From: Lepidodermella squamata
Lineage: Eukaryota; Animalia; Gastrotricha
Reading direction: 5' to 3'
Length of the DNA: 64,000 bases
Assembly (NCBI GenBank): GCA_047495785.1
Contig: JBLDXI010000033.1
Span: 186,001-250,000, forward strand
Shown one piece after another: positions 24,783-38,134 of the stretch. Under the pieces are notes generated by a model that saw only the letters and a program-made list of their open reading frames with translations, was not told the DNA's origin and did no database searches. How positions within the stretch are numbered: the first letter of the stretch is position 1; the number at the start of each line of letters is the position of its first letter. The translations under genes and the position numbers were made by a program.

Positions 24783-25515
24783 GTATTTTTGCCCTCATGT
24801 TACAAAGATTCTTATGAATTTTTAGTATTCAAATTTTTATTTTATTTATTTATTTAATAGTAAAATAACTGGCGCCCGCTCACGCTAAAGGCCAAAGTAT
24901 AAGAGAAAACAGTCTTATTTTACGATAAACGATATATTACGATTTATTTATTTCAAATTTTTTGAAAACTATATCTTTTGTAAAGAAATTTATTGTGGAT
25001 TGGAGGAGTTGGACGCCTCCGTTGGGGTGGTTTGCACCAAGGGGGAGATCTGGATGAGATGGGTCCATGGAGTGCATAGAGTCTCATTTAAGTAGGACTG
25101 TCTAAGGACGGGGGTGGGGTGGGTAAGGATTACTCTTTGCCTGCCTTCGTCCTCTTCAAAACCGGATACGGTATATGACGCTCAGTCTAGAAGAGGATAA
25201 ATAAAACTATTATTATTAAATTGAAAGACCGTTTTTTTGGCGGTCTAAATCTGCTAACTTTTTTCGTTGTGCGTTTTCCGTCGCTTTCCGTTTATTGATA
25301 TTTTGCGAAGGATGGCAATCCGTAACCTCATCCTGTTTCTTCAAGACGATTGAATGGCTTGACTCGATCTGACCATTTAATAAGGCGAAGATGATATACC
25401 CGAGTTCGTGTAGCCAGGCAAGATATCTGCATCGAAGCATCGAGCATCGAATATGGCGCGTTTACTTGTATTGAGCAAGGGTACTTGTCGATATATTCTT
25501 GTCGATTATTTGTTT

Positions 25516-25960
25516 CTATAATTCCAAGTCGTAGTTGAGCTCTTTATCGATTAACTGATTTTGATTATCTTCAACTACGGGCAATTGAAAGTTAGCCAAA
25601 TTCTGGCAGTGAGCCGCCAATAGATCAGCTAAAGTCAGCAAACCCTGACGGTAGATTGCATCGGAATAGCCAGCATTCGGATTTTTAGTCTTCTCAATAT
25701 GCATGAAATCAGCACGCAATTCGCCACGGAACTGGGACCACAAGCGTAGCAGTTCTGATGGTTGGCCGTGAATCAGTAGATAAGAGAAAAATTCCCGGCG
25801 AGTTTCGAGTTTTAGGCGACAAAATGAGGGTTAGGTACAAAATAGATTTTATAGCATCAGGTGCCTCGCCAACTCGGGTATATAAGCGTGGCAATATGAA
25901 AATTTCACTTGCCCTGGAGGTCATGCCATTCCAGTTCGCATTGGAGAATATAATTAGAAT
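25516..25960 (-). mobile_element. Helitron Rep/helicase remnant
   Basis: W...LPRLYT...ILYLTLIL and LRADF...GLLTLADLL...LANFQLP...LIDKELNYD resemble the Helitron RepHel linker. Confidence 0.6.
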
Positions 25961-26169
25961 GAACAGGACGACCCGTTTGAATCTCGAAAGCGAGAGAATG
26001 ATAGCAAACGAATTGTTTGCTGAAAAGCCGGCATTGACAGTCCTACTGCCGTTTCTCAGCACAGCTACGTGGTAACTGAGCTTGAACTTGACGAAGTCTG
26101 CCCAGCTTGTAAAGCGGCACTCATTAGAGGGAATGATGAAGCTGATGAAGCTAAGTTCCTCAATCCGTT

Positions 26170-26340
26170 CGCCAAACACGATAACTTGATGAGGGGAAGG
26201 TTATCGTCGACGTTCATCATCACGTGGGCGAAGCACTGAACCTGTTTAACACCGGGAAACACCTTGTTGCACGCAATGACGATCGCCACGGCAACGTCAT
26301 GCACAATCACTGCGGGTGTCGTGTTAGCTTTTAGTTTCAT
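26170..26340 (-). mobile_element. Mutator/MULE transposase remnant
   Basis: PAVIVHD...IACNKVFPGVKQVQCFAHVMMN matches the MULE D...FP...CxxH motif. Confidence 0.65.
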
Positions 26341-27465
26341 CCATCATGGTATTAGGTATTAAAGGTTATCATGTCTGAACCTAACTTTTGGTTGATCAAT
26401 CGAGACAGACAATTCGAGAAAGGCGAATACCAAGGTCGCCTTATACCTAGATCGCATAAAATCCTCGAGTATTTTCTTTTTAACGAGAATAACAATCGAA
26501 CAACAATTTCGACGAGTTATTTTATTTCCCAGCGCCTCCCCACGAGTTATAGTCTAAGTTGGCGACTGTAGTGTAAAACGGAGGCGGGGGCATGCTCACC
26601 ACCGATAGTGTGGTTAGCCAAGTACGTTCTAAACGTCGCCAGTCAAGCATTGTTGAAGTCGTTGTCCTAAACGCTCGGAATCTCCTCATCATAATTTTGT
26701 TTGAACTATACAAATATGAACCAAATTAATGAACTTGCATTTCAAATATCACCTAGGTGGCATTCAACCCAATGTCATTGGAGTTTTGCGACCCTGCTAT
26801 CAACCTGACGGAGGTCGGTAATACCTCTTCCCTCGTAATCGTAGATTTAGAAAAAGTTAAATCCCTGATGCCTGAGAATGAATGTGAGGAGAATTTACGA
26901 ATTCAAAGTCCAGATTAGGCTGAACTTGGTGGGCAAGAACCATTGCCTGTTTTTAATGCGGCTTTTCTGAAATGTGAAATATCTGCTAGCGATAGATGAT
27001 TCTTCTGTTTGGGCATCAGCAGTATGCGACACGAGAATGAGCTGGGGGTTCGAGCCAATGCTATAGTCAGTCCCCCGTTGCTTCCGTTGATCGTTGATCG
27101 AGAGATGCAACCAAATAGCCCTCCGACGCAGCCAAGGCTAAGTTTGAATAAGCCTCGAATGAATCCTGTGATAGAAAAGATGTTGAAAATACCTTGAAGT
27201 GAGAATTACCATGAAAATTTGAATTTTCGAGAATAACTAGAAATTAATTCTTTACGAGCGTTTGACGAGTATAAAAATCAAATCAATGTGCTAATTACAA
27301 TTTTTATTTAGTACGAAAATTTAAATTTGAATTATTATGCTCATTTTTTGTTGCTCAAGAACTAATGATTATAAATTTTGCAGGCCGAATTCTAGGCCGA
27401 AGAACATGTTGAATCATTTTCATTATTTTTCAATTATAAATTCACGTCATTCACTTTTTTTCTAG

Positions 27466-27992
27466 GCCATCTTCTGTATTTCATCGCTCGGCAATGCAGA
27501 AGCGAAGGGATGTATCTGACGCCGAGTCTCTTCTTCCGAATCGTCGCTTCTGAGAAGAAAATGGCAGCAGCGTTCGCCAGACAACCATCTTTCGCTTTTT
27601 ACACTGCTCGAAATTTGCCTGGGGTGATTCGCGACTTCATTCGGGAACCGCTGGATTTCGCCTATCGACGAGATGTCAGAAATTTCACGCTCTTGCTCTT
27701 CCTAGCTGCTAGTCAAATGGAGGACGCTGCTTCGTGCTGGGAAAAGCCTCTTGTTTTCTCCCAGCAAAAGGGCAATTTCATCGAGGAATTGATAAGATTA
27801 CGAAAGGCTCTGAAACCTCCCTGTAATTTGTTGAAAAAAGACACAGATCCGGAATGGAAGAAAATGGTCCTTCAACATGTCAGTGCGGCTATATATTTTT
27901 TGGCTAAAAATTCGAAGAAATTCGACGCCGTTATTCGTTCGATTGACAAGGAGGCATTGCGTGAAATTGGGTCGATCACCATTTTCGAATAG
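27466..27992 (+). CDS. G4 exon C (terminal); spliced G4 = 620 aa
   Basis: Acceptor ttttctag|GC CAT gives GHLLYFIARQ. 535+801+527=1863 nt. Confidence 0.85.
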
Positions 27993-28063
27993 ATGCGAAC
28001 AGTATTTACATTGAGAATTTTCGCTTATTTCTAGTCCTCTATGTATTTATTATTTTTACAAAA

Positions 28064-28420
28064 ATGGGACGGCAATGAACATTCGTACAATATTTCCGAG
28101 CTGAAACCAGTCGAAGATGTGCCAAAAGTGCATTTGGAGATGAGAGTCGATGAATTTGCTGCAAGGCAAGAAGAACATCGATTTATTGGCAATGCATTTT
28201 TTCGAAGCTAAACGATGCGCTGAATTCTGCTCCACATCAATCAGCGATTTGCTCAGCCGATTGTAAATCACCTGTCGAAACTCGGATCTCGGATCTACAA
28301 GGTTTCGCCTTCATTGTGCTCATGGTACGTATCAGGTCGCCGCATGCGCTCTAACCCACAAGGCTTTGATGAAGGGATGGCGGAACCTCGACGCACTTGG
28401 TCACTGCGGCTACATTATAG
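28064..28420 (+). pseudogene. Decayed orphan exon A (TPR) of the array
   Basis: WDGNEHSYNISELKPVEDVPKVH...AARQEEHRFIGN, then SAICSAD after frameshifts and deletions. Ends at ATAG|gtaaat like the intact exon A donors. Confidence 0.7.
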
Positions 28421-29183
28421 GTAAATTTCATTTATATTCATAACTTCAAGCGTATCGAGGTTTCACTCCAGCTCGTGATTTTGACTGGAAGCTAGAGAAA
28501 AGTCTAATATCTTGTGTTTAAATTTAAATCCTTTAAACCCCTTAAAAGCACACTGTATTTACAGTGAAATCTCCTTAATTTAGACACCTTCCGTAAAACT
28601 TTCTAATATTGGAGCTGTCTAAGATACAGAAAGTTCGACCAAACGTTCTACGTATTACTCAATTTGTTCTAATTGTAATGAGTCAATTGTAATTTGTTTT
28701 CTTGTTAATTCGGTCGTAGACTCAATTTCTCAAAAAGAGTCACATGCTTGGAAAGCGACGAATTTGCGGTATATTGAGTTGCATAAGCACGTAAGGTGTC
28801 CCGGGCCGCACGTGCACTAGCGAGCGAAAATTGAAGCACTTTTTACAAGAATCATGAAGACCATTCCATAACCTTCATTTTGACACCAAGCCCAAGCCTA
28901 CATGACGAAAATTCGATTTTTGCCAATTTTTGGAAACTTCCATCAGTGATTATCGCTGTGTAATGAACGCATGGCACAAGATTCTCACGAGCACCTGAAC
29001 AACACGGCGAATCTGAAAACAGGAAATTTATTGATGAAGTTGCAAGGTTAATTTGTTGAGCTTCATCCTAATGGATTTTTCCACGACCGATACCCAAAAG
29101 CTTCCGTCAAAGTACCAATCGGTTAACCCGGTTCGGTTCGCTCGAGCGCTCGGTTTCATTTCCGATATTTGCACTCGACAAGT

Positions 29184-29567
29184 TTATTTATTATTCATTT
29201 TCAATGATGAGCGTAACGTCATCATCGCCTCAACCAGCTCTGATGACGTACGATTTTTAAGTGGAGGCAAGACAAGTTTTATCTGTGAAAATAGCTGTTC
29301 GACGCTGGTGGAAGTCACCGGAACAGCAAGGATTTTCAGCGCAGCCAATGCAAACCGGTGATATTTATGGCTGACCAACTTTGCCACGCTGATCCAGTAC
29401 CTCAACAACTCCTCCGAGTCGTAGAGTTGCATATCTGGAACAACTAAGACCCGGTCGTTAAGATACTCGTCCACCAGGCGCATTCCGGAGTCTGAAACAG
29501 CCGTAGAAATTGTTTGCGGGAGTTGCCCTCTGGGCGGTATCCATAAAATATCAGCCGCTCTCATCAA
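29184..29567 (-). mobile_element. hAT transposase C-terminal dimerization-domain remnant
   Basis: LLRYW...ALKILAVPVTSTSVEQLFS...KNRTSSELVEAMMTL. Confidence 0.75.
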
Positions 29568-30443
29568 TTTATTCTCATAACATTTCTTTCTTCTTCTTCG
29601 TTTTTAATAATTCGTATAGGTAATAATTCAATTTTTACTAGAAAGTTTATATAACTATTTTTCAGTCGGCGGCTGCGGGTAGTGTTGTTGCTGTTAGTGA
29701 AGGGATTACGATAGCCTTGGTTCGTTGGGAGTCTAGGATCGCTGAATCGATTGTTATGTATCGTTGGTCTTGAGAAAGATCCATTGGCATGAAAAGACGT
29801 TAATGAAGGTTGGTTCTTGGGCCATTTTGATTACCCACTGGATATCGAAACAATTAGCAGTTCACAGCGATTACAACTTGGGTTTTTCGAGGCCAAACAA
29901 AATAATTGAATACGAGTTATCTAAGTGAACACATTGGGGACACCTAGAAGAAGATGCATCTGCCCGCAGAATACAGAGAAGAACACAACCAAGCATGCCG
30001 AATGGAAATTGACGATTGCAAATAATTTTTCATGACAACAAAACGACCACATGGTGTTCATTATTATTTAAAATTTAAGGCAAAAAATGAAGAAATTATT
30101 TTCAAAAAAAGCGGGGCACCAGGCCAAAGATTCTTGAAACGGTTCCAACGATCAACGAAGTTTGAACAAAGTATGAAGTCCATGAAGTCGAAGGAGCTTT
30201 TGCAACATATCTACATGAATATTTACACACAGTTTCGACACTCCATTACGCCGAGAATGACACACAGGTTTATTACGCTTTTCTAGATGTTTTGTTATAC
30301 CAAGTGCCGACAACTTGTTTTGTCATCAGAGCCAACCTGCCAAGAACTGAAATGCGGAATCACCACTCCTTTGGATGCTGGGTATCAGCCGAAGAGATGA
30401 CATTTACCCCATTTGGCATCTGCCATTGCCACGAACCCTGACC

Positions 30444-31291
30444 TTATTCAACCGGTTGATTTTCACGTAATTGTTGAACATGTTGGACACTCTGCGTTGC
30501 CCTAGCACTCACGCCCGACTGGTGGTCTTGTGACCAAGCCTGCTGACCATGCGGGGCCATCAGCGATGCTGTTGAAGGTTCTCCAGCTGCTTGGTCTTGG
30601 ATACGCCCTAACTGCACACACAACGACTCGGCAAATTTGCCGGTACTCAAGTCTTCCCTAGCTTGGGGGTCCAAATGAGCTTCAGCCTGCCTACAATAGT
30701 ATTGTAGATGACCGGGTTCCTTGCAAAAAATGCACGCTAACGGGGGAAACAGGCACTCAGCTCTTTCATGATTTTTCTTCCCACAATTGAAACACGTGAT
30801 TTTATTTAGTCTAGGGAGCAACTGAGCTCGATTCGAAGTCGGCAAACTGAATTAATTTAGCAAAACGAGGTATTGAGGCCATCTCGTTGTTGTTGCGATT
30901 TTGGTCCACATCCAATAGGGCAGCTGCTTTCAGGACGGGCTTGACCCGGTGGAGCGGAGCCTGGGCGACTAGCGCCGAGCCGATCGTTTTCTGCGAGCAA
31001 CGCTTGTTGGATTTCGGAGACGGTTGGTTCGGTAATCCAATTTCGAGCATCGACTGGATGGTTGAGAACCGCTCAGGAGCGATTTGAACAGAGCCGATCT
31101 CTGCCAGCGAAGTTCGACCGGTACGTAGGCGTTCTACAGCGCCTGGAGCGGCTGGGCGAAGTCTCGAAAGTTAGCAGATCACGTAGATGACGAGGCCATG
31201 GAGAAAGCGTGGAATCGCGATAAGAGGCGAGATTCCGTGACAGTTGAAGTTTGTAAACTACTGTAATAGATGAGAACTCATTCGAAGACCA
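30444..31291 (-). mobile_element. LTR retrotransposon gag remnant with two CCHC zinc knuckles
   Basis: CFNCGKKNHERAEC and CIFCKEPGHLQYYC. PBS-like TGGTCTTCGAA on the minus strand at 31281-31291. Confidence 0.6.
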
Positions 31292-32122
31292 CAGTATGTA
31301 AATACTGTGAGAGATGAAAACTCTATCAACGCATAAACATTCCGAAAACATTTATCATTTATTAAAAAGTGCGTAAATCATAAACCGGATCCATAAGAAC
31401 TTGCATGTAGAACAAAATAGACTATGGAAACAGCACTCATTAACCTGTCGGCTTCCCAGCTAGAGCAATCAAACGGGACACCAGCTTCGGAACTGGAGGA
31501 CGGTCAAGAGTGCCATTAACAACTGCAATTGTTCAGGCGCCTTCGGCAAATCGCCCAAGTTGGGCAAGCAAGGTTGCGGCTGCGATTGAGGTCGCTGGCC
31601 TTCGGATCGATTTATACGCACGCTTTCATTGCGTTCATCGAACCGGAATTGCTAGAAAATTGATTAATTGACACCAGTTTTTACTGCAGGAAAAGTGTGT
31701 TTCTGCTACTAAAAGGGTTTTCTGCGGGAAAAGGGATATTTCTTTCCACGAAAATAATTGTTATTTTGATTATTTTAGGTATTTTGGTTCTCGCACTGTA
31801 GCCTGAAGCCTGGTGTTTGTTCTGGCAAAAATCCTGTCGGCCCAAAATCTACTCATTATCGTTGTGCGAGAGACTTCCAACGCGAACCGGTCAATCTTTT
31901 ACCGCAGTGATAATGTAAACATTATCAAACGATATCGATCAAGGCTCTGATTGAAGCAGCTTTCTTCAGTTTTGGACTGGTAACTTGAAAGTTATCAAAT
32001 TCTGTGCAAAACTATAATCTTATTCTTCGTCTGATTTATTTCATTGCGAATAAAACCTTGTTTCCGGGGGCTCATGATTTCATGTGTTGTATTATTAGGT
32101 ATTTCTTTATTTGGAATGAAAA

Positions 32123-32651
32123 ATGAAGCTATTCGAAACGCTATTTGGTAAATTTGAGTATGGCGAAAAAGTGACAACTTCAAACTGGGACGGCGAAGAA
32201 ACGCTGAACCTGCTCGCTGGCCTGAAATCTGTCGAAGATGTGCGAAAATTGCATCAGGCAATTCGAATCGAAGTTGGCGGTGGTAAAAAATTGGTCGGAG
32301 AAATTGCAGCTCGGCAAGAAGAGCTTCGGTTAAAAGGCAACAAATTGTATGAAGCTGAGCAGTATGAAGAAGCCCTTGAAACTTACAAATCGGCAATTTG
32401 TTCCGCTGATTGGCCACCGCCTGAAGATACTCGCTTTTACACGAATGCTTCGCTGTGTTGTATCCAGCTGCAAAGATTCGAAGAGGCGGTCGTCTACTCC
32501 AAGTTGGTCCTTCATTTTGCTGAGAGTCCACATAGAGCGTGCCAACTCGCCGCGATCGCTCTAACCCACCTTGGATTTGATGAAATGGCAGAAGATTTCG
32601 TAGGCGTGATGGAACACATGAAGATACCTGCTAAGAAATCTTTTATTCAAG
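32123..32651 (+). CDS. G5 exon A (TPR domain)
   Basis: MKLFETLFGKFEYG... Donor CAAG|gtaaat. Confidence 0.85.
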
Positions 32652-32738
32652 GTAAATGTTAGCACCCTTCTTTTAATTGATAGTTAATCTGAGCAACAGC
32701 GCGAGGAATTTGCGACCATTTTCTTTTTGATTTGAGAT

Positions 32739-32776
32739 TGTGACGTTTCGACGTCATCTGACGTCATCCTCAGACA
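32739..32776 (-). ncRNA. Minimal type-I hammerhead ribozyme (Penelope-like element type)
   Basis: Minus strand: ugu CUGAGGA U GACGUC-AGAU-GACGUC GAAA C GUC aca. Confidence 0.6.
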
Positions 32777-34281
32777 TGCGCTGTTGTTTACATTAAAAAT
32801 TTCAAAAAAGAAACATCTTATCTAATCCGAGCAAACATTGCCTTGCAGTCGGTAATTCTGCTCTTCGGAGGAGCACCGCTAACCGTTACCCTGCGCTTTT
32901 GCGCCTTATCACCTGGAGCAGCGAGTTTTTTCCGCGATTCGTGTTCGCCACTTTCATCATCCGCAGGACAACAAACAAGCTCCTCCTTAGCGACGAGCCG
33001 CTTTCCAAGTGGCTGCTTGGTACCATGCGGGGCCTGTTTTAAATCGAGGCGGTTGAGTCGCTTTAAGGCGCCGATGAAATCACCCCATTCATTCGATCGG
33101 AAGGGTGCGCGCAAAACGAGAGACTGTAACAGAGACCGAAACAAAGGGCACAACGGGTCGTTGGCGATACCGGTCTTTTATTAAGGTAAAATCAAGGCCC
33201 TGTGTAAAAGCATCATGTAAGAAAGAGTATAAAGGGGCGAGGTTGCATACCGGGTTCGATGAGGAACGAAGCGGTCAGCCGGGCGGAAATGGCAACAACG
33301 GTACGGAGATAGGACTGTACGAATAAAGGTGCGTTGAGAACGAGCAATAAATTACCGATCTCGCCTTAGGCAGGCGGAGTGAATGTGGCGGATCGCGATA
33401 CCACGTACCGATGTAACAAATAAAATAGATAAAATGTGTTCTAGATGACAATAGGATTACGAATTAGAGATGGAATCGGCTGATGTAGCAAAGGCGGACG
33501 ATAGGGTGGAAGGACGGCGCAGGTGGCGTCACCGCCACAGAGACCATGAATGATCATTTTTCGCGTCGAACTCGTCAACAATAGACATTAACCGATGCCG
33601 ATCCTCGGGAAACACGGCTTGAACAGCTGGCGGTAAATCGAGTATACGCTTGGACATGATTGCGATTTTATTATTTGCAAAGTTTAGGGCAGTTTTCATT
33701 TCTTTCTTTCCGTCATTTCAAGTCAAACTTGGCGCCAAAATTTGAATTTTAAATCGCGCGAATATATAGCCGAGACCGTAGCCGTGGCGGTGCGGCCAGT
33801 ACCTGCCGGCATAAGACGCGCGGCCACTGAGCATTATGCGCGCGATTATGCGGTGTGGCCGTGCGCTTGCGCATTGGAAAGAGGCAAGCACGAAGAAAAC
33901 GGCAGGCACGAAGAAAAAGGCAGGCACAAAAAAGACGAAGAAGTTGTATATCTGTCGTAAGGATTCTAATCGTTGCGAAACAACTTGGCGACATATTATG
34001 ATATTTCTCGTTTGAGCAGTTTGATTTTGTAGTATTCATTTACATAGATTCGTGATTCGTATCACGGTAGGTAAGAGGCGAAACCGGTCAAAAACAATAG
34101 TTTTTCAGGCGCGAGTAACAAATTATGATCATGAGTTAAAACTGAAAAATATGAAATAAGGCTGGAACGAAAGAAGAAACTGTTCGTTCAAAAAAATCGA
34201 AAATGTACAAAGAATGAAAAATAAGAACGAATATAGCAATAAGAACGAGGACCAGCTTGCTCAAATTAATGTCGGAGCAAT

Positions 34282-34470
34282 CTAATTGTGACAATTGAAG
34301 CACCTTGCGCAAACGCACGCCCCATTACACCGCCGATTGTTTTTACGACAGCCGCACTGGGCTAGGCAGCCGCTTCGGCAATAACAACGAGCGTTCTGCA
34401 CGTGGTCGGACCCGGGGGCAGCCGGAGGAGCGTACTGCATAATATGCTCAGACTCAGAATCTGATTCCAA
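34282..34470 (-). other. CXC/tesmin-like cysteine cluster, probably a transposon-protein C-terminus remnant
   Basis: CYCRSGCLAQCGCRKNNRRCNGACVCARCFNC, preceded by an acidic/Ser tract. Confidence 0.45.
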
Positions 34471-35097
34471 GTCCGATTCGGATTCCGTTGAAGATGAAGA
34501 TAAATGATAGATAAAAGATTATATACCTCGTTTTTATCTGTTCAATTGAGTTTTAAGCCTGTATTGACCGTATTGTATGCCTGGACCTGACTCAACGAAT
34601 CGGGCAATATTCACCTTTTCTTTTTCAAGACGTTGCAGCTTGGACTTGTTAATCCACGACCGAGTTTCAATCGGATTTCTTACAGGCTGAAAAAATATAT
34701 GCTCATTGAAAGTTGAGAATATAGCAAATTCGCTAACCACAACTTGTGAAAGATGATCTATTTTGCGATTCTTCAAATTCGGCGTGAAACTCATCTTATG
34801 AATTTATTCAAATTTTTAAAACTATTTAAATGTGTCCTCCTTTACGCCAGCACAACTGATGCCCATCAAGTGCGAGAAATAAACCAAAAAATCGCACGTG
34901 CTCTGTTTTGACTACATTTCTCCGTCCAGCCCACCGTGCGGAACTTCTGACTGTCTCTGAAGTTTATAAAAATCGAGAACGAAAGTGGTGAATAAAGTGG
35001 GTCACCTTGTCGGACTACCACATTTGGTTTCAAAATAATTTATAAATATCGCCATGTTTCAACTCTGCGCTTTTAAAAAATGTTTATTTCATTATAG

Positions 35098-35901
35098 AAA
35101 CGATGGATAAATGCGACGAGATTGTGGGTCAACGTCCATTGGGCCGCACCCGTTCATTCGATGTCGACAGCATGAAATCGGAACTGAAAAGCCTGATATC
35201 ACTCGGAAATTTGCCAACGCCAAGCGGTTCGAAGGAAGAGATGAAATTCCTCTTCACCCTGGACAAGCTGGTTTCCTTCGCTGTTAAGGACGAGGGCAAC
35301 ATCGACCGACCCCTCTATCAAGCTGGGATCCTGCGAATTTTCAAACAAATTCCGCATGTCAAGCGGCTTTTCTCGCAGGATATTGTTTTTTCAAGCCTGT
35401 CATTCTTCGAGACTGCCGTTATGCTTTTGGTTTTCCGAATTATTCTGTATGTGGTGCCGCGAGATACCACCAATATCGACCTACGTGATCAAGCGATGCG
35501 CGATTTAGTCACCATACCGGGCTTTATTGAATTTATCTGTGAACTGGGCAAGCAGATCGTGGGCCGTGATACGATCCGCTTGTTAACCCTTTCTCCGATG
35601 CATCGACAAATTTTCGAGCACTATTTGGCCCTTTTCCTAGCCTTTGACGACAGCCCAGCCATGCGTGACCGCTTTGTCAAGGGTCATTTTCCGATTTGTG
35701 ATCCAACGTTTTCTATATATACTTGGATAGCGGGGTTTTGTTCTTCGACCAAGTTGGTGATCGAAGATGGCAATCCGTTTCCTATGGTTATGATGAGACT
35801 GGGCAGTCTTGCGGCCGATTGTCCTGAATGGTTTTTGGAACCGTGGCGCCGTGCCAGTGAAGCTCAGCTCGGAAACGCGATCATCATCGCTTCAAATCTA
35901 A
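35098..35901 (+). CDS. G5 exon B
   Basis: Acceptor cattatag|AA and donor CTAA|gtaagt. 804 nt (one extra codon). Confidence 0.85.
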
Positions 35902-37479
35902 GTAAGTGGATTTTTTTAATGTTCTTTTGCCGGAAAGTGTCAATTCTTAATTATGCTTTCTATAATTTGATGATTGATAAATATAATATCAATAGTTTGA
36001 AAAAAATAGTTTGCTTTCTCAAAAAAATTACCGAGGAACGTAACCAGAAAATAGACGATCACCAAACATGTCAGCCTTTTCAAGCTCAATTTCAGAATAA
36101 ACAGGCGCCTACAGCCATTTTTGAGAACTTCCTGAACTGCGATTCCCACGATCTGAAAAATTTGGCTCGATGCAACTTGGTGAGAGGCGGTCCGTTGATT
36201 TCGACGAATATCAGAGCTAGAAATAAAATTATTAGTCAAATTCATAAAGTTACTGCAGATGACAATGTCCTTGTGAGGTGTTGAAGAGTCAGGTATATGG
36301 TAAAAGTGAATGCGAGTGGAAATGAAGCTCAACTGAGGAAGCGACCAAGTTCGGTGATAACATAAGTCCTGGCAAAGGAGACGAATTAGCTTATTTATTG
36401 ATATAAATTGATATATTATTCGCTATAATCAGTTCAACCAACCTGAACCGGTTAACTCTCCCAAATCGATTGTAGCCAGCATCCAATGTAGCCCATGTAT
36501 AGGCTGAAATAGAAACTATAGAGCACAATTTAAGAAGGATGTAACTACAAATGAGAGGAGGAACTCAGGCATGGAATTTTAAATGCAATAAATTAGACAC
36601 ACGAATCCATGGGTAGAGAGCTATTTTCGAAACTTTACACTTACGCAAAAGTTGAATGTTGTAGTGGAAAGCAGTTCGAGAGCGAGGAAATACGGAGTTG
36701 CCGCTGCTGTTAAAGCCGAGTTGTCAGTCAAGTCGAGGTGCATGTCGATCGATGCACATGGAATTAGCGATCCTTCAACGACTACTCCAGCGTACATAGA
36801 CATAGCATAATATAACTTTGATAATAACATTTTTCATTGAACACCTAGTTTCAAGAGAAATTAGAAAATCTTTACTTTCAAGCCGGGTTTTCATACCCGG
36901 GCTAATTAGACAGTTAGGCTTATATAAGCCAATTCAAATTCCTTTGTGTTTTTTGTGTTAATATGTAAAATGTTATGTTATCAGCGACAGTTCAAAAACA
37001 TCTTAATTAAAAAAAATGGTGAAACGTGGAGTGGATAAATTGGTAAAAAAAACTGAGACATGTTAAAACCGTCGTAGTTAAAAACTGGTCGAAATAATGA
37101 GGAAAACAAATATTGCCGCTTCAAGTATCTTGAAAAAATGAAAGGTAAGATGGTAAAAATTGTGTCGCTAACGACTACGTTTGTGAAAAAGCGGAGAAAT
37201 ATTACCCTGATTGCAAAATTGGGGAAAAATGGATGATCTTTGAAGAAGCATGAAAAATAAAATCGGGTGAGCGGTGCACCCTGTACGTTGTTTTTCCTAA
37301 AAAAAAACGACCCGAAAAAGGTTAGAGTTAGTTAAGTAAAGTTAGGTAAAACTTCTCAGTCAGTTTTGTGACGCAAGATGATCATTGATGATCATCTCTG
37401 GCTGCTGGTTACACGTGGACGAGACGAGACAGTTTTTGATGACGTTGGGTTTGCGCTTTAGCTGGCATTGGTGCGGGGC

Positions 37480-37680
37480 GTCGAAGTGATGTTGCCGCTG
37501 GCCTTGGCGCCCGTGTTGCCACCGGTCTTGCCACCCGTGTTGCCGTCCGTATTGGCGAGTGGCGTCACCGCGATCTTGACGTTAGTGTTGCCGCCGGTCT
37601 TGGTGCCGGTGTTGCCGCCCGTGTTGGCACGGGGCGCGACTCCGATCTTGACGCCGGTGCTAGCGTTGCTGGTGTTGGCG
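37480..37680. repeat. GC-rich degenerate 12-bp tandem repeat (CCCGTGTTGCCA-like)
   Basis: Repeated GTGTTGCC/GTCTTGCC units create low-complexity ORFs on both strands. Confidence 0.6.
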
Positions 37681-38087
37681 CGAGACATGAATCCTGGCTT
37701 ATTAGCGCTGATGTATACACCGGTATCGACGCTGGTCTTGTCGCCGGTGACGCGATTCTTCGCCGTAGGCTTTTTGCTGGTTCCCCCTGATCGAGACGTG
37801 CTGTGTAGTCTACGTAGCCGTGGCCCACAGCCCCTCGGATTGTCATCAGCGTTAGACGACGATTCTATAGCCGTTGCAATCGATGGTGCAATCGACTCTT
37901 GTCGGCGTCGGTGTAGCCAACCAGCACCTACGTGGTGGCTTTGGTAGACGAGAATTTGCATTGCAGCCGTTAGGTGAGCAACCGACGAGACGGATGAGGT
38001 AACGGGCAAGAATTATTAGTCGTAATAAGGTATCGTATTGGTGGTATAGCGATATCATGCTATTGACTATAAAACGAATCCAGTCGC

Positions 38088-38134
38088 CTATTCCGACATG
38101 TTTCGGCTTTTATTTAGCCGTCTTCAGGGTCTAG
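38088..38134 (-). ncRNA. Minimal type-I hammerhead ribozyme (Penelope-like element type)
   Basis: Minus strand: cc CUGAAGA C GGCU-AAAUAAA-AGCC GAAA CAU GUC gg. Confidence 0.55.

Noticed and set aside
37458-38009. 183-aa and 159-aa overlapping ORFs
   Set aside because: The open frames arise from a GC-rich 12-bp tandem repeat; no domain evidence.
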